DNA of 63,271 bases, counting the filler, from Octopus bimaculoides (Eukaryota): NCBI RefSeq assembly GCF_001194135.2. It is 5 parts of 5 records of this genome, joined end to end, with 100 filler letters (N's around TTAATTAATTAA, not from the genome) between each part and the next. Parts side by side here need not be neighbours in the genome. Positions count along the whole stretch, not along the records: positions 1 to 24,970 come from NC_068982.1; 4 more parts are not named here. One strand, written 5' to 3'. Position 1 is the stretch's first letter, and the number at the start of each line of letters is the position of its first letter. Below the pieces are notes generated by a model that searched no databases, was not told where the DNA came from, and worked only from the letters and a program-made list of their open reading frames with translations. The position numbers and the translations under genes were made by a program. Shown here in pieces: positions 1-13,594 of the stretch.

Positions 1-8
1 CACATGTG

Positions 9-53
<45 letters not shown>

Positions 54-1217
54 GCAAATGTGGCTGAGTGGTTGAGAAACTTGCTTCCCAACCATGTAAC
101 TTTGAGTTCAGTCCTACTGTGCAAGTTTCTATTTGTCTCAATTCGACCAAAGCCTTGTGACTTTTGGTAGATGAAAACTGAAAGAAACCCTTCAGATGTG
201 TATCGTGTTGTAAATAAATATCACTGTCCTAGTTGTTTATGTGTGTGTGTGTGTTTTTATATTATATACATATATGAGAGAGAGTGAGATCATTAGACTC
301 CTTAGAGGCTGGTGTTGGTCTCTCAGCAAGACTTATATCATGTAATAAAATTGATAAAAAGAGTACATTGAACATGCTGCGAAGAGTGGAAAATGTAACA
401 TTTAGGACAGTCCTTCATGGAAAAATTGAAAGCAGAGTCAGTTTTTTTTTTGGTATAAAAGATGTAAAACTCTGTTTCATTAATTTCCTTTCAACTCTTC
501 CCTGAAGAAGTACTCTATCTAAAATGGATTTTCTACTTATCATGGCAAATTCACTTATTCTTTTTGATTTTACTAATAATATATATAAGTACTGGGTCAA
601 TATTTGACTAAAAATTCTTCAAGACAGTGCCTCAGAATGGTTCCAGTCTAATGAATGAAACATAAAAAGAAAATTGTGTGAGTGATATCTATCTATCTAT
701 CTATATATATATATATAATAAGGCACAGGTATAACTATGTGGTTAAAAAGTTTGCTTTACAATCACATGACTTTGGATTGGATCCCCCTGCATGGCACTT
801 GTAGCAAGTGCCTTCGTCTGTAACTGCATGTTTTACTACTGGCTTTTGAATGAAATTTTGTCTGAAAACTACAGAAATTCATTGTATAGACATATATGTT
901 TACTGATGAAAGGCTGTTGAGCTGCTTCACTTCCTATCGATAACCAGTTTAATGAAATAAATATTGGGTTAAAATAAGTTCTGGGATTGACATTGTCTTG
1001 TATCTTTGGAGGTTATGCCTTTGCAGTGAATGAAATGAGTAAAAAAAAGTATCTAGATGGTAATACACAGTCAGTTCATTTATAGTATATAGTTTCTGTT
1101 CAGTTCTAGTCTTTCATCTTAAATTTAATTAAACTTGTTAAATTTCTTATTTATTTTTCAATATATGTTTGTAGAACATTTGGGATAAGAAAAAGAAATA
1201 ATTGTTTTTCTTTCCAG

Positions 1218-1298
1218 GAACGGAACCGAGAACTTGCTGCGCTACTTGAAAAACATATCCGGGCTAATGAGCAGCTTAATGTACAAGTTCAGCAGTTG
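1218..1298 (+). CDS. GOLGA2: GOLGA2/GM130 internal exon (ERNRELAALLEKHIRANEQLNVQVQQL), phase 0-0
   Basis: ttccag acceptor, gtgagt donor; 81 nt open; coiled-coil pattern; splices in frame to the following exons. Earlier exons lie upstream of the window. Confidence 0.85.
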
Positions 1299-2484
1299 GT
1301 GAGTATACATACACACAGTTAAGGGAAGTGAGCTGAATGGCATGCACAAAAATCTCAAATTAATTAAAATTGACCTCTTAGTTGCAGAAAGAAAATTAAA
1401 AAGAAATGTGGTTTGTATAAATGACTCTCAGAGAAATGGAAATAATTTCAAGAAATTGAGATTTAATTTCACAGGAAATTGAATTTTTATTGATTTGTTG
1501 GGAAAGAATTGACCTTTGTTAGCAAGCAGAGTTACTTATGAATGTAAACATGTTTCACTCATGTTAGACTACATCAACATTGACTAGGTTTCTCAACTCT
1601 TAGCTCTCTAATAGCTATTTGCGACTTGGAAATATTGAATTATTGAAACAGCTTGGTTAAAGTGGTTTGATGTGCTTAAGTTCTTTTCTGAAAAGAAATC
1701 ATGCATGTTTTGAATGTTTTAAACATTTATTAAATAATTTGTAGATTAATGCATTTTCCTTTTCACTTTTGCTTTATGTGAGCTAGCAGTTATCCTTTGT
1801 CCATATGACTGCTCCAAACTAGCAGCCTCAGAATGTAATCATATTATAGTGAAACTCTTAGATTCTGAGAAATGTGATGAAGCTCTGTGTTGGCCCATAT
1901 AATTTTGGAGAAGTTTACAAACTTGGGATTAATTTGTGTGCTGTAAGAAGAGTATGCTAAAACTTGAAGCAGAGCAAAGAGGTATAATAATGGAAAATAT
2001 GAGACAATCAAAGAACTATAAAAAAAAATCTATAAAGTTGCTAACATTAGGAAGGGCATTGAGCTGTAGAAACCATGCCAAAGTGAACACTGGAGCATGA
2101 TGCAATCCTTGGATCCATGGAATTTTGTCAAACTGTTCAATCCATGATAGTATGTAAACCTGAAAACTAAATGATGATAAATCAAAAGTTGACACATTTG
2201 TCTGTTTCAGAGATTATTGGCTTGTGCAATATGAAATAACTTCAAGGAGGAACTAAAATTAAACAACAGACATAAATTCTCTCATAGAATAGCACCAATC
2301 ACAAACTGATCGATATATTTTAAGACTGGTAAAAAAAAGCACTTTGTCTCACTTTGTTACATATATTGGTTATATAAACAATAGTACCAGTTGTGGTAGT
2401 AACAGCTGATCCCCAGATATAACCAACTTCGTGGTTTACTTTTTTGTTAATTTTCTGTATATTTCTTATGTTTCTATATTTTAG

Positions 2485-2583
2485 AGGGACCAATCACAAC
2501 AACTGCAGAATGAACTTCATGAAGAGAAACAATCTTTTGTTGATAAGCAGCGGGATGTAGGCTCTTTGAAGGATCAACTACAG
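2485..2583 (+). CDS. GOLGA2: GOLGA2 exon (RDQSQQLQNELHEEKQSFVDKQRDVGSLKDQLQ), phase 0-0
   Basis: ttttag/gtaaaa sites; 99 nt; the GSLKDQLQ end resembles vertebrate GALREQLQ just before VHIQTIG. Confidence 0.92.
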
Positions 2584-4818
2584 GTAAAAAATAAGCCTTA
2601 AGTTAATGATATGTTTTGTAAACTGTTAATTTTTCTATGGGTTGTATGCAATTCAATGCCCTTATTGATCAAGGGTGTGTGTTTGTATATGTGTGTGTGC
2701 CATGTAAAAGCACCTATGTGGTACCACGTAAAATCACCCAGCACAATCTGTAAAGTGGTTTGTGTTAGGAAGGGCATCCAGCCATAGAAACTATGCCAAA
2801 TCAGACTGAAGCCTGGTGCAGCTCTCCAAGTTGCTAGCTCAGATCAAACCATCCAATCCATGGACATCAGTTAAATGATGATGATGTAAAATGTATTTAT
2901 GTGCTTGTTTTACTATCTATGCTGATTAGACAGTTTTGGTTAGCCCTCTGTAATTCTCTCTCTTTCTTGATAGGTCATGATGCCTATTAAATCATTAGTT
3001 CCTTTTACTTATGAACCTATTATTCTTTTTTTAATTCCTTCAGTCCTTTGTTCACAATTTCATTTTCCTTCTCCATGATTTTCCTAAATTTAGCCTTCAC
3101 TCAAAGATTTACAATTTGGCAAGTGTTAGCACATGTTAAGCCTTTTTATTCAGTTATATTTACATACTACAAATATCCAGACTCTTTCTCGTGTTTGACT
3201 GTCAATACTAGAAGTATTAATCGTATCACTTTGTAAATAATCTGATAAAACACTATATTCTCAAATTCAAAGTCTCCTCACTTTTATGTATTTCATCATG
3301 ATTTGTATATCAACCAGTATGCTACCCTTGTAAGACAACTGGGCCATTTGAAGAAATCAACCCTGTCTTATTTTTAGCTGCTTATGCTAGAAATACGATA
3401 AGATTGTGAAAGTGTATACATTTTCTTTTGCCTATTGAGATTAATATATTTTACAGAATTTTAAATAACTCTTCATTCTCTCTCTTTTAAAACTCATCTG
3501 CTATAATATAAAACCTTCAGTTGGCCTCATCTCCAAAGAGTTAATTTTGTTTACTCAATAAAGGACCTTATAAATAAAAGTAATTTTCCAAATATTATAT
3601 ATAATAAAGAACTTAAGATAAAAGGAAATAGATCCTCTGTTTTTCTTAATGTGTAATTAGGAAGTCACTAGAGTGTAGGACAAACTGTTCTGTGACATTT
3701 GTTTCGGTTCTCTGCATTCAGTTCAGATCTTACTGAGATCAGTTTTGCCATTCAGCCTTTTAACCCCATTACCTCCCATAATTCTATTAACTGGAATTTT
3801 TTTTATGTAACTTTGATTTCTAGCATAAAACAGCCTTAGAAACATGCTGGAATGATCAAAATAACATTTCAAAATAACATTTTAAATAGAAATAAGCGAG
3901 ATATTGGGTGAAAAATTAGCAAACCTCATTTGAATATCGGAGAAATATACCTAGTAGATATAGCAAAAAGGTTAGATATGTGTAAATATTGACCGATAAT
4001 TACAAAATTTGTAATTTTTAAGTGATCTCATATGAGATCACTGGTAGGTAATGGGTTATGATTGATAAAATCAAATATCAGTCCAGGGAGATAAATTGGC
4101 AGAATTATTAGAGCATGGGTATTTATGTTAGCTCTTTGTATAATGAGTTCTTGAGTAGTAGCTTAATCTGTCACCTGGTTTAACACCGTCAATTAGTTCT
4201 TGAGTACCTTTAGTGTGGAGTTACACCCTGTCACCAGCATTCTGGTCATGAGTTTGTGGGTAATTTCCTCCTTTCCTCCAACTATTCTTGGAGCCATTGG
4301 AAAAAAATAATGGGTCATGGGTGTCTCTCCCTCTCTCTCTCTCCTTAATTAAGCAGTGCAAAGTAAAGGAAAAAAAAGGTGAACAGTAAAAAAAACAAAA
4401 AAAAACAACAAATTCCAGTTATTTTTATCAATGGGACCATCTGTCCAGTGAATCAGTGTTAGTAGCTGAGTATTATCATACTGACACTTTTACTTCTAAC
4501 ATGACACTGTGACATGGCTGGCTCTTTGAATGACTGGTACAGCCCATTTGATGGGTCTTCTTGCAGTTTTCTTCTACCTCAGTTTCACTCACTTGGCTTG
4601 TATCAATTCAGGCTCTGGTAGGTTTTTGCTCAAGGCTGGTTGAACCTGAAGTCTTCTGATTGTAAAGTGAACTTCTTAAACATTAAAAAAGTATGTTAGT
4701 TATTGTCAGATTGTTTTTCTGTTGATTATTATAATTATAATTTCATGGAGTAATTTATTTTTCTAATTATGAATTATGGATATGTGGAGGTATATTATAT
4801 TTTTCTTTTTTCTTTAAG

Positions 4819-4912
4819 GTACATATTCAAACAATAGGAATTTTAGTGGCTGAGAAAACTGAACTCCAGTCAAAAATTGACCAACTTAAGAAACAGTCTG
4901 ACCAAAGGCTTG
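4819..4912 (+). CDS. GOLGA2: GOLGA2 exon (VHIQTIGILVAEKTELQSKIDQLKKQSDQRL+G), phase 0-1
   Basis: Carries the diagnostic GM130/golgin-A motif VHIQTIGILVxEKxELQ; tttaag/gtgagt sites. Confidence 0.96.
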
Positions 4913-4980
4913 GTGAGTTTTTACTTTTTTAAAAAAACATTCTTTTCTTTGTGATGAGATGGGTTTTTTTCCCACCTATG

Positions 4981-5315
4981 TTGTTGTTGTTGTTGGCACT
5001 CTGTCGTTTATGATGTCGAGGGTTCCAGTTGATCCGATCAACGGAACAGCCTGCTCGTGAAATTAACGTGCAAGTGGCTGAGCACTCCACAGACACGTGT
5101 ACCCTTAACGTAGTTCTCGGGGATATTCAGCGTGACACAGTGTGACAAGTTCGACCCTTTGAATTACAGGCACAAAAGAAACAGGAAGTAAGAGTGAGAG
5201 AAAGTTGTGGTGAAAGAGTACAGCAGGGTTCACCACCAGCCCCTGCCGGAGCCTCGTGGAGCTTTAGGTGTTTTCACTCAATAAACACTCACAACGCCCG
5301 CTCTGGGAATCGAAA
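4981..5315 (-). mobile_element. tRNA-derived SINE family A (about 375 bp), 5' end lost in the N gap
   Basis: Near-identical to copies at 30976-31353 and 17662-17993; (AAC)n tail. Confidence 0.9.
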
Positions 5316-5813
5316 NNNNNNNNNNNNNNNNNNNNNNNNNNNNNNNNNNNNNNNNNNNNNNNNNNNNNNNNNNNNNNNNNNNNNNNNNNNNNNNNNNNNN
5401 NNNNNNNNNNNNNNNNNNNNNNNNNNNNNNNNNNNNNNNNNNNNNNNNNNNNNNNNNNNNNNNNNNNNNNNNNNNNNNNNNNNNNNNNNNNNNNNNNNNN
5501 NNNNNNNNNNNNNNNNNNNNNNNNNNNNNNNNNNNNNNNNNNNNNNNNNNNNNNNNNNNNNNNNNNNNNNNNNNNNNNNNNNNNNNNNNNNNNNNNNNNN
5601 NNNNNNNNNNNNNNNNNNNNNNNNNNNNNNNNNNNNNNNNNNNNNNNNNNNNNNNNNNNNNNNNNNNNNNNNNNNNNNNNNNNNNNNNNNNNNNNNNNNN
5701 NNNNNNNNNNNNNNNNNNNNNNNNNNNNNNNNNNNNNNNNNNNNNNNNTAAAGAAATTTATTTATAAAGAATTAAATTCTGTATATAAATTAGCTTTTAT
5801 AATGTTTTCCTAG

Positions 5814-5920
5814 ATGAAATTGAAGAAATGGGAGGTCGTCTTCGGGTTTCCAGACAACGGATTACAGAGTTGGAACGAAATATGTCATCTATTAATTCCT
5901 CAAGTCAGCAATATGAAAAG
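5814..5920 (+). CDS. GOLGA2: GOLGA2 exon (D-EIEEMGGRLRVSRQRITELERNMSSINSSSQQYEK), phase 1-0
   Basis: cctag/gtaggt sites; phase matches the previous exon; resembles vertebrate ESEDLASRLQYSRRRVGELERALS. Confidence 0.95.
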
Positions 5921-6953
5921 GTAGGTATTATCTAGTTTATTAGTGGTAAAAATTTTCAATCATAAGATTATTTGAGCAGTTAATTGATTTTCTTTTTTTT
6001 TTTTTTTGTCACAGCTGGCTGCTCTTTCTATACTGACTATTCAGCCATAATTTTAAAAGTAGAACTTATTTGACTGTTTTTTGTTCAGGAGTAGAATATA
6101 GTGTATGATTAAAAAGGTTGTTGTTGAGAAACTCTGGTTAACTCTGACAGAAAAGATTCTTAATGAATGTGCATGAGCAACCCCACAGATGAAAAACTGA
6201 ACAACATTCTGGCTGCCATACTGGCTGTGTGGACGCTGTTCAGAGCTCTGAGCCTGTTCTGTTTATTTTACTGTCCATTTTAAGGCTCTGGTGGTGTTTC
6301 CATCAAAGGTGGGCAAAGTACATGAAAGCTTAATTTCTTTTGTAACCATTATGTTGAACATCTTAGGAATCATACTTTACTTCAGTTTTCTTGTTTGCCA
6401 AAAATATACTCATTAGATTTTAATTTTTGTACTGCATTCTGAAATTAGTCTTATTCCTTCAAAGACAATTAGCCTAAATGTCATAACAATATTGATAACG
6501 CAAATTGCAGAGAGGATCCATTTTATTTTGAAAATGTAGGATGAATACTCTTTGAAGAAAGTCATCTGGGCATAGATACTTATCTGTGATTTATGTTGTA
6601 TTGTTACAATGTTTTATATCTGGTTGACATCAATTACCTCAAGTGTCTCTTGAAAATATCAGTTGTATGTGTGCAGTATCTTCATTTGTTGTGAGTGTTA
6701 TTAGATCCTTTATAGATTGTATTAGAAGTATACAACCATACCTGCTGTGCTATTGGCATTAAACTTGTTTGGAGTTTATTTCTACACATACAAATGCACA
6801 CATATATTGGCATTAGGAAGGGCATCCAGCCATAGACACTAAATGGAAATATACTGGAGCCTCCGGCTTACCAGCTGCAGCCAAACCATCTCCTCTGTGC
6901 CAGCATGGAAAACAGAAACTAAATGATGATGATGAAGTATACATGCACGCACG

Positions 6954-6989
<36 letters not shown>

Positions 6990-7182
6990 AGAGTAAGCAC
7001 ATAACTGTGAAACAAGGTGGAAAAAATAGTGCTTGAATACTGGAGGTAGAGTAATATACTTTATTAATAAAGTGGCAAAGATATCACAAAAACTGTTACT
7101 AGGAGTAACAGTTTTTGTGATGTCTTTGCAGCTCCGTGGCCTATGCCAGGGGTGTAACCAGCCCACGTATGCATACCTTTCC
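6990..7182. mobile_element. Sister copy of the 39510 element with the hairpin centre deleted
   Basis: Same GAGTAAGCACATAA..GTAGAGTAATA leader; hairpin reduced to CACAAAAACTGTTACT-AGG-AGTAACAGTTTTTGTG. Confidence 0.65.
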
Positions 7183-7321
7183 NNNNNNNNNNNNNNNNNN
7201 NNNNNNNNNNNNNNNNNNNNNNNNNNNNNNNNNNNNNNNNNNNNNNNNNNNNNNNNNNNNNNNNNNNNNNNNNNNNNNNNNNNNNNNNNNNNNNAAATCA
7301 AATCAAATTCGCAAATGTGAT

Positions 7322-7766
7322 GACTGGCACCCGTGCCAGTGGAGTGCTAAAAGCACCATCCGAGCTTCATCACTGCTAGAGCAGCTGACTGGCTTCCGTG
7401 CTGGTGGCACGTAAAAAGCACCATTCGAGCGTGATCGTTACCAACATCGTGCCAGTGGCATGTGAAAAAACACTCGAGCGAGGTCGTTGCCAGTGGCGCT
7501 GGACTGGCTCCTGTGCAGGTGGCACGTAAAAAACACCACTTGAGCATGGCTGTTGCCAGTACTGCCTGACTGGCCCTTGTGCTGGTGGCATGTAAAAACA
7601 CCCACAACACTCTTGGATTGGCTGGTGTTAGGAAGGGCATCCAGCTGTAGAAACTCTGCCAGATCAGATTGGGGCTTGGTGCAACCATCTGGTTTGCCAG
7701 TCCTCAGTCAAATCGTCCAACCCATGCTGGCATGGAAAGCAGACGTTAAACGATGATGATGATGAT
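7322..7766 (+). mobile_element. Dispersed retroposon family C with internal GCAC/GTGC minisatellite-like units and a TTAGGAAGGGCATCC...(GAT)n tail
   Basis: Many copies on both strands, e.g. about 2040-2180, 2700-2885, 6810-6935, 8340-8470, 16280-16480, 17045-17250, 30650-30870, 32005-32170, 39210-39450, 39770-40100, 40850-41040, 42040-42240, 43400-43500. The RTE-like origin of the tail is inference. Confidence 0.8.
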
Positions 7767-8761
7767 TTGGGTTGAGTGGTTCATTTATTGGAACAGTTGT
7801 TTATATAGCTGGATGTCCTTTTTGTAAAGAACCTGATTTTTGTGTGCCACACAAACTGGAGTGGACAGTTAGCTGTTGTGCTCAGAAGTTGGTATACCAT
7901 AATGACATTAATAAGATCTGCAAAGTAACTTCATCTTATAGCCATTGTCCCTCTTGGATTTGAATTAAGTAAATACAGATGGTCAAGGCTGAACACAAAC
8001 CACATTAATCTCACAGGTCTAGGAGAGCATGTAAAGGTTTTGAGCAATGCTTCTCCTTGTTTGACTAACACATAAAATAAATATTTTGAATGTGTTTTAG
8101 AAATATCAGTTTATTTGATTTAAATATTCCAACAACTTTTGGAAAACTGTCAAATAGTCTCTATGTTATTTTTTTTATTCAAATTCTGTCAGCTTTCCCC
8201 CCTCTTCTTTCTTTTTCTTTTTTTTTTGTGTTGTTATACCCCATCTGTTTCTCTGAAAGGTAATATTTCTCCATGGCCAAACATTATTTTTGTTTCCAAT
8301 CTTCCATGAAAATATGTCTGGCCATAAGGAAATATTATCTTGCTTGGAAACAAGTGAGGGTTGACAAGAAGAAGGGTATCTAGCAGTAGAATATCTGCCT
8401 CTATGAATTCTGCCTGACAGATGCAAACATGGAAAAGTGGATGCTAAAGTGATTATGATGATGATCATCATTTAGAATCAATTCTTAAAATGATGATCTG
8501 TTTTTTTATTGTGAGACAAATTACATTCCTTATGAGCTGAAAATATCTCTCAATGATTTAAGGGCTCTTAATAAGTTTAGTTTATATTACATGTCATACA
8601 TTATCTTATATATTTTGCTATCATTACGTCACATTATAATTTCATATTGTCTTATGTTAAGAAAAGTTTGACTGACTTGGTTATATTGTATTGTCTAACC
8701 TATGCCAGCATGGAAGGCTGGTGATGATTGTATTTACTGATTTTCTGTTTTTTGTTTTCAG

Positions 8762-8820
8762 AATAGCAAGGAATATGCAAAAGATATCGACAAATTAAAA
8801 TTAGAACTATACAAATCGAA
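8762..8820 (+). CDS. GOLGA2: GOLGA2 exon (NSKEYAKDIDKLKLELYKS+AA), phase 0-2
   Basis: tttcag/gtaagt sites; LKLELYK resembles vertebrate LRLELYK. Confidence 0.95.
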
Positions 8821-11575
8821 GTAAGTTAACTTCTAAAATTTATAACTGACTAATTACAGTGCTGTTTATTTAGATCGAATTCTGAAAATCACTTTAGTTA
8901 TTTTGGTTTCCAACAGATTATTTAGAATAGGTATCACCATGAATTTTTGAAAATATTTAAACCTAACTTCTTCTGTATTTTATCTTGGAGAGCATCCAAA
9001 AAGAAACATTTTGAAACCTCATTTGTAAAATTTGGATGAATATTTTTGGAAATATGACAGTTTAAATGGTCAGTGAATCGGTTGAAATTTTGCCTTATTA
9101 GGCCATATTTGTAATGTCATATCTTTGAAACTGAGGTGACAATCATCTTCAAATTACACAAATTGTGTCCATGGGATAGCAGTTGCCTATTTTTTCCAGA
9201 TTCTTCAAGATTAAACTTTTATTTTCACAATTTTTAAAACCTTTATGTAAAGCCTAAATAGTTGATTTCATGATGTGAGCATAAGCTTTTCATACGTTTT
9301 GGGACCTAGCTAAATCCAAAAGTACAAGCCACAAAGACTTGAGTTATGGTACATTTGTAGTAGGCATAAAACTAAAGAAATCCTGAGATTTTGGGACATA
9401 ATACCATTTCAATAAAATTTTGATGAGCTTTTAAAAATTGATGTAAACAATTTAATGGCTGACTTTCAGATCAGGATGCCCACATAAATTGAATTTTTTC
9501 TGTTTTGACTGGGATTTTTCCAATTTGTTTTTCATCATGTCCTTGGAAATGGAGAAGCTTTTTATGAAAAAATCTTTTTGAGAATTTATGATTTTCACCC
9601 TCCCCTGCATCAATTTTGGCCAATTACTTTTGCACTACACACTTGATCAAAAGAATATGAGAAGAAAGTTCCATCCAGAACTTCCAAATGATATACATAA
9701 TTGTCCACGGAAAAAAAAAAATGTATTTTGACATGAAACTGATCAAGTGGGTTTTTGCATGATCAGACTGTGTATAAAAACTTCCTTAGCAGCTTATGAA
9801 GTGTTATCATCATTTGGTACCTGAGATGAATATTATAAGATAAAAATGTCTTGTATATTTTTGTTTTTGTGATAACTCTGGTTACTTTGAGGAAGTCTGT
9901 GCTAACTTGCTAGGTAATGTGGCTGATTTGCAAATGTTGACTATTTCTCTATTTTCCAATAATGATAATGGTTTCAAATTTTGGCACAAGGCTAGCAATT
10001 TTGGGGGAGGGGTAAGTCAATTATATTGACCCTGGTGTTCACTTGATACTTTTGATGACCCCAAAAGGTGAAAGGCAAAATCAATTTCATCAGAATTTGA
10101 ACTCAGAATGTAAAAATGGACTTAATGCTGCTAAGCATTTTCTAACAATTTTGCCAGGCTGCTGCTTTAATAATAATAATAGGTACAGGTATAGCTGTGT
10201 GGTAGCAAGTTTGCTTCTTAATCAGATGGTTTTCGGTTCAGTCTCACCTTGGGCATGTGTCTTCTATAACCCTGGGCTAACCAAATCCTTGTGCATGGAT
10301 TTTGGAAACGGGCAAGGGTTGGAGATAGGAAGGACATCTAGCCATAGAAAATTCACTTCAAAAATTCTGTCTGACTCATGTAAGCATAGAAAAGTGGGTG
10401 TTAAAACAATGATGATCTTGACCACGGAATCCAAATCTTTGAAAACATACCTTGTTTAGATTCAAATAATGAAAAGGATTTGGACTGTTCAAATCAGTCT
10501 TCTCTTACAGACATTTGAATATTGGCACTGTGTAACAATTTCTTTTCTAGATGTACTAAATTGGGTATAAAAAAAACCCAGTTCATTGGTAGAAAAATTA
10601 TATATGAAAATAAAATAATTTTATAACTATTTTAAGATAACTTCTAGACAATATTGTTGAATAGTCAATATTTCCAGAAGATTAAGACTATAATATATTT
10701 TGTTTTTTTTTTAGTTACAAGAACTAGATATGGAATCATTATTTGCACCATCTACAGTGAGATCTGGAAATAATATTTGCATGTTTTATTTTTAACACAT
10801 CAAGGCAGGTTTGGACACAAAATATGCTAGGCATTGTAACGTATGTCTTAGAATAACTTCTTCCTCTTACAATAGTATGTTCAACAGACGTGTTGCATTG
10901 ATGCATGGCATTCAGGAACAACAGCATTTCGACATGTTGCATGTCTTGTTAGCTAGAAACTGCTGGAATTTTGGGGATTACCCAAAACTGCTGGCTTTGT
11001 TTATGCTTTCAGCAAACAAATTGTTTGCTGATTGGTCATGCCAATCACTTTATAGCATGTGCTGAGTGTTTTCTTTTTTTAATTTTTTGCCATGTTACCA
11101 GCACTAGTAAAGTTGTCAGACAGTTTGCAAGACTATGAACCCACAGGGGGCAACTTTCTGCTAGATGGGTAAAATATGAGAGATGGGGCCAGGACAGAAC
11201 CAGTTTCTTGCTGTAGAGGAGCTACATGACTACTCACATTTTAGAAGAAAGAGTGGGAGTGCTTGAGGGGAGCCAGAGAGGGGTGGAGTAGTGTAATATT
11301 AATGTCCTTATTGAAATATTTATTAATGTGAGATCATATCATCCTAGCACAAGCAGACCACGGTTCTAGTCCCACTGGGTACCCATCTCCTTTATATATC
11401 CTTTAGATATCTACATGCTTTATGTGTTTACAAATTGATTTATATTTTTCTTTCCATGTGGTTATTATACAGTAAATGTATAAATTATCTATGAGACATG
11501 TCATTTTATTTCTTAAACTTTGTCATATGCTCAGTTTGTGTATGGCTTTTCAAAATATTCGTTTTGTTTTCCCAG

Positions 11576-11636
11576 TCAAACTGTGGAGGAATTACAACAG
11601 CAGATATCTGAACTGAATGGGAAACTCAGTTCAAAG
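11576..11636 (+). CDS. GOLGA2: GOLGA2 exon (N-QTVEELQQQISELNGKLSSK), phase 2-0
   Basis: cccag/gtaaaa sites; phase 2 completes the AA+T codon. Confidence 0.93.
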
Positions 11637-11767
11637 GTAAAAACAAAATTTATATTTTTTTAATGTTTTAACACAAGATTTCACTGTAAATTAAAGAATA
11701 TATAATTCCTGTCTGTAAATTTTCATTCTTACATGCATTTAATTCTCCTGACATTAATCCTTTACAG

Positions 11768-11848
11768 GTGTCAGACTGTTTGGCTCATGAACAAAATGTA
11801 GAGGATCTTCAAAAGAAATTGGAAATGGCTGAGTTGTACACTCAGCAG
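11768..11848 (+). CDS. GOLGA2: GOLGA2 exon (VSDCLAHEQNVEDLQKKLEMAELYTQQ), phase 0-0
   Basis: ttacag/gtaagt sites; LQKKLEMxEL matches the GM130 motif LQKKLEMTELLLQQ. Confidence 0.95.
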
Positions 11849-12199
11849 GTAAGTTTTATTTTACAATCTGGATGTAAAGTAGCAAGATGGTGAAATTGCA
11901 TTGTAGATAGAGCAATAAAAGCTAAAAGACAAGCATTGAAAGACTGAAAGAAAGAGAGTGGGGTGCTAAGAAAGAAGCTAAGTGTCAGAGCTGAGAGAAG
12001 CAGAGAGCTGAATGTTTGCTAGTGTTCTATGATGAGGGGATCAGAGGCATGATGTTCTGGATTGCAAAGCAGTGTCAGCATAACTCAAGATGTAGAGAAA
12101 AAGTGTTTGAAATGAGTGACATACTGACTCATGGTGTATAGGAGGAAGCAGAAGTACCCCATAAACACTCAAGGGATATTAGTTGCTGAGATACTGAAA

Positions 12200-12465
12200 A
12201 TACCTGATGTATTTCACATAATCAACCAGATGTTACAGGGAAGTGTTATACTCAGTGACTGATACAGCAGTGTAATTGTTAATTGCTACAAGAGTGAAGA
12301 TGCTTTGGAAAGAAGTAACTACAGAAGCTTCAGACTGATGGAACAGGTTATGAAAATAATGAAGAGCATTAGAAAATTAATCAGAGCATCAACTTTGAGA
12401 TGTAGTTCTGATTTGTGTCAGGTCATTGTACTACTATTACTCTTTTCATAGTGAGACAGGAGTTC
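12200..12465 (+). mobile_element. Decayed RTE-clade LINE reverse transcriptase fragment
   Basis: IVNCYKSEDALERSNYRSFRLMEQVMKIM then, after a frameshift, EM*F*FVSGHCTTITLFIVRQE; resembles the RTE RT motifs NYRGIKLL and QFGFxPGRGTTDAIF. Confidence 0.7.
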
Positions 12466-12664
12466 AGCATTCCAACATCTCTACCAATTTACTGGCTCTA
12501 GGTAATAATATAAAATGCTGACCACAGATATAGAGAAGAATGTCCGTTTTTATTTTCATTTATTACCTCTTTGGTTGATATTGGGTTAACTATTTCTTCT
12601 GATTCTGATTGGAATGGAGGCTTACATAGAACCTAATCTTACTTTATTATTTTTTTCTTTCCAG

Positions 12665-12751
12665 CTCAGTAGCCAGAGTGATAAAGAGTCTCTTAAACTT
12701 ATTGATTCATTGCAACAAGAACGGGAGGAGTACATTAAAAAAGTTGAATAT
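12665..12751 (+). CDS. GOLGA2: GOLGA2 exon (LSSQSDKESLKLIDSLQQEREEYIKKVEY), phase 0-0
   Basis: ttccag/gtgagt sites; 87 nt, in frame. Confidence 0.9.
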
Positions 12752-13594
12752 GTGAGTAACACCTTTTTGTTTTTGTTGTTTAGCTCCAGATCACCACTGA
12801 CATGCAGTCCCCAGCATTCTAGTCTCTCTTGATAGTTCTACTGGTGCATAGAAGCAATCATCTTTGTATTGGACTGCTGGATTACTTTAAGTTCTGTAAT
12901 AAGTTTGATTGTATGAGGTGACCATATCTGAGAGTAGTAACCTTAGTGATGAAGAATAAACATCTTTCACAAAACCAGCATATTTTTGTTTCTCCTCTTA
13001 TTGTAAATGCTGTTATGCATAATTCCCAGGTTTCACACAGATTCTGACTCTAAGATTGTAGCTCCTCTCGGCTTTGTATATCCAAACTGCAATGCATTCT
13101 GAGGTACTGGCTGCAAAGTACTTGAAACTTACCTGCATTAAATTGCATGTTATTTTCATCGTCTTTTATCTTTTACTTGTTTCAGTCATTAGTCTGTGGC
13201 CATGCTGGGGCACTGCCTTGTGATATTGTCTCATCTCTTGATTGTCCTTGACCTTTCATATCCTTAGCATAGTTATCTATGTAAGGATTGAGGTTATGTC
13301 TGAGAAAACTTCTACCAATATTAATGGTTCTAAGAGCATTCTTGATTATAATAAAGTATTTTACTCTGAATTGCTGATTTTTTGCGGGGAGATCATTGTT
13401 ATCTGTTTAGTATGGTGGTTAGTCATATATTCTTTGGATATTCATGATGTGATGTTGATTGCATCTGTAGACAATGATCACACTAAAATTTGAGCTTTAT
13501 TAGTCCATATTGTGATATTTACGAATGTACATCCAATAAATTTATGGAACAATGTTCAGTGAACGTAATGATTGGGAATCTTGTGTATATAGAT

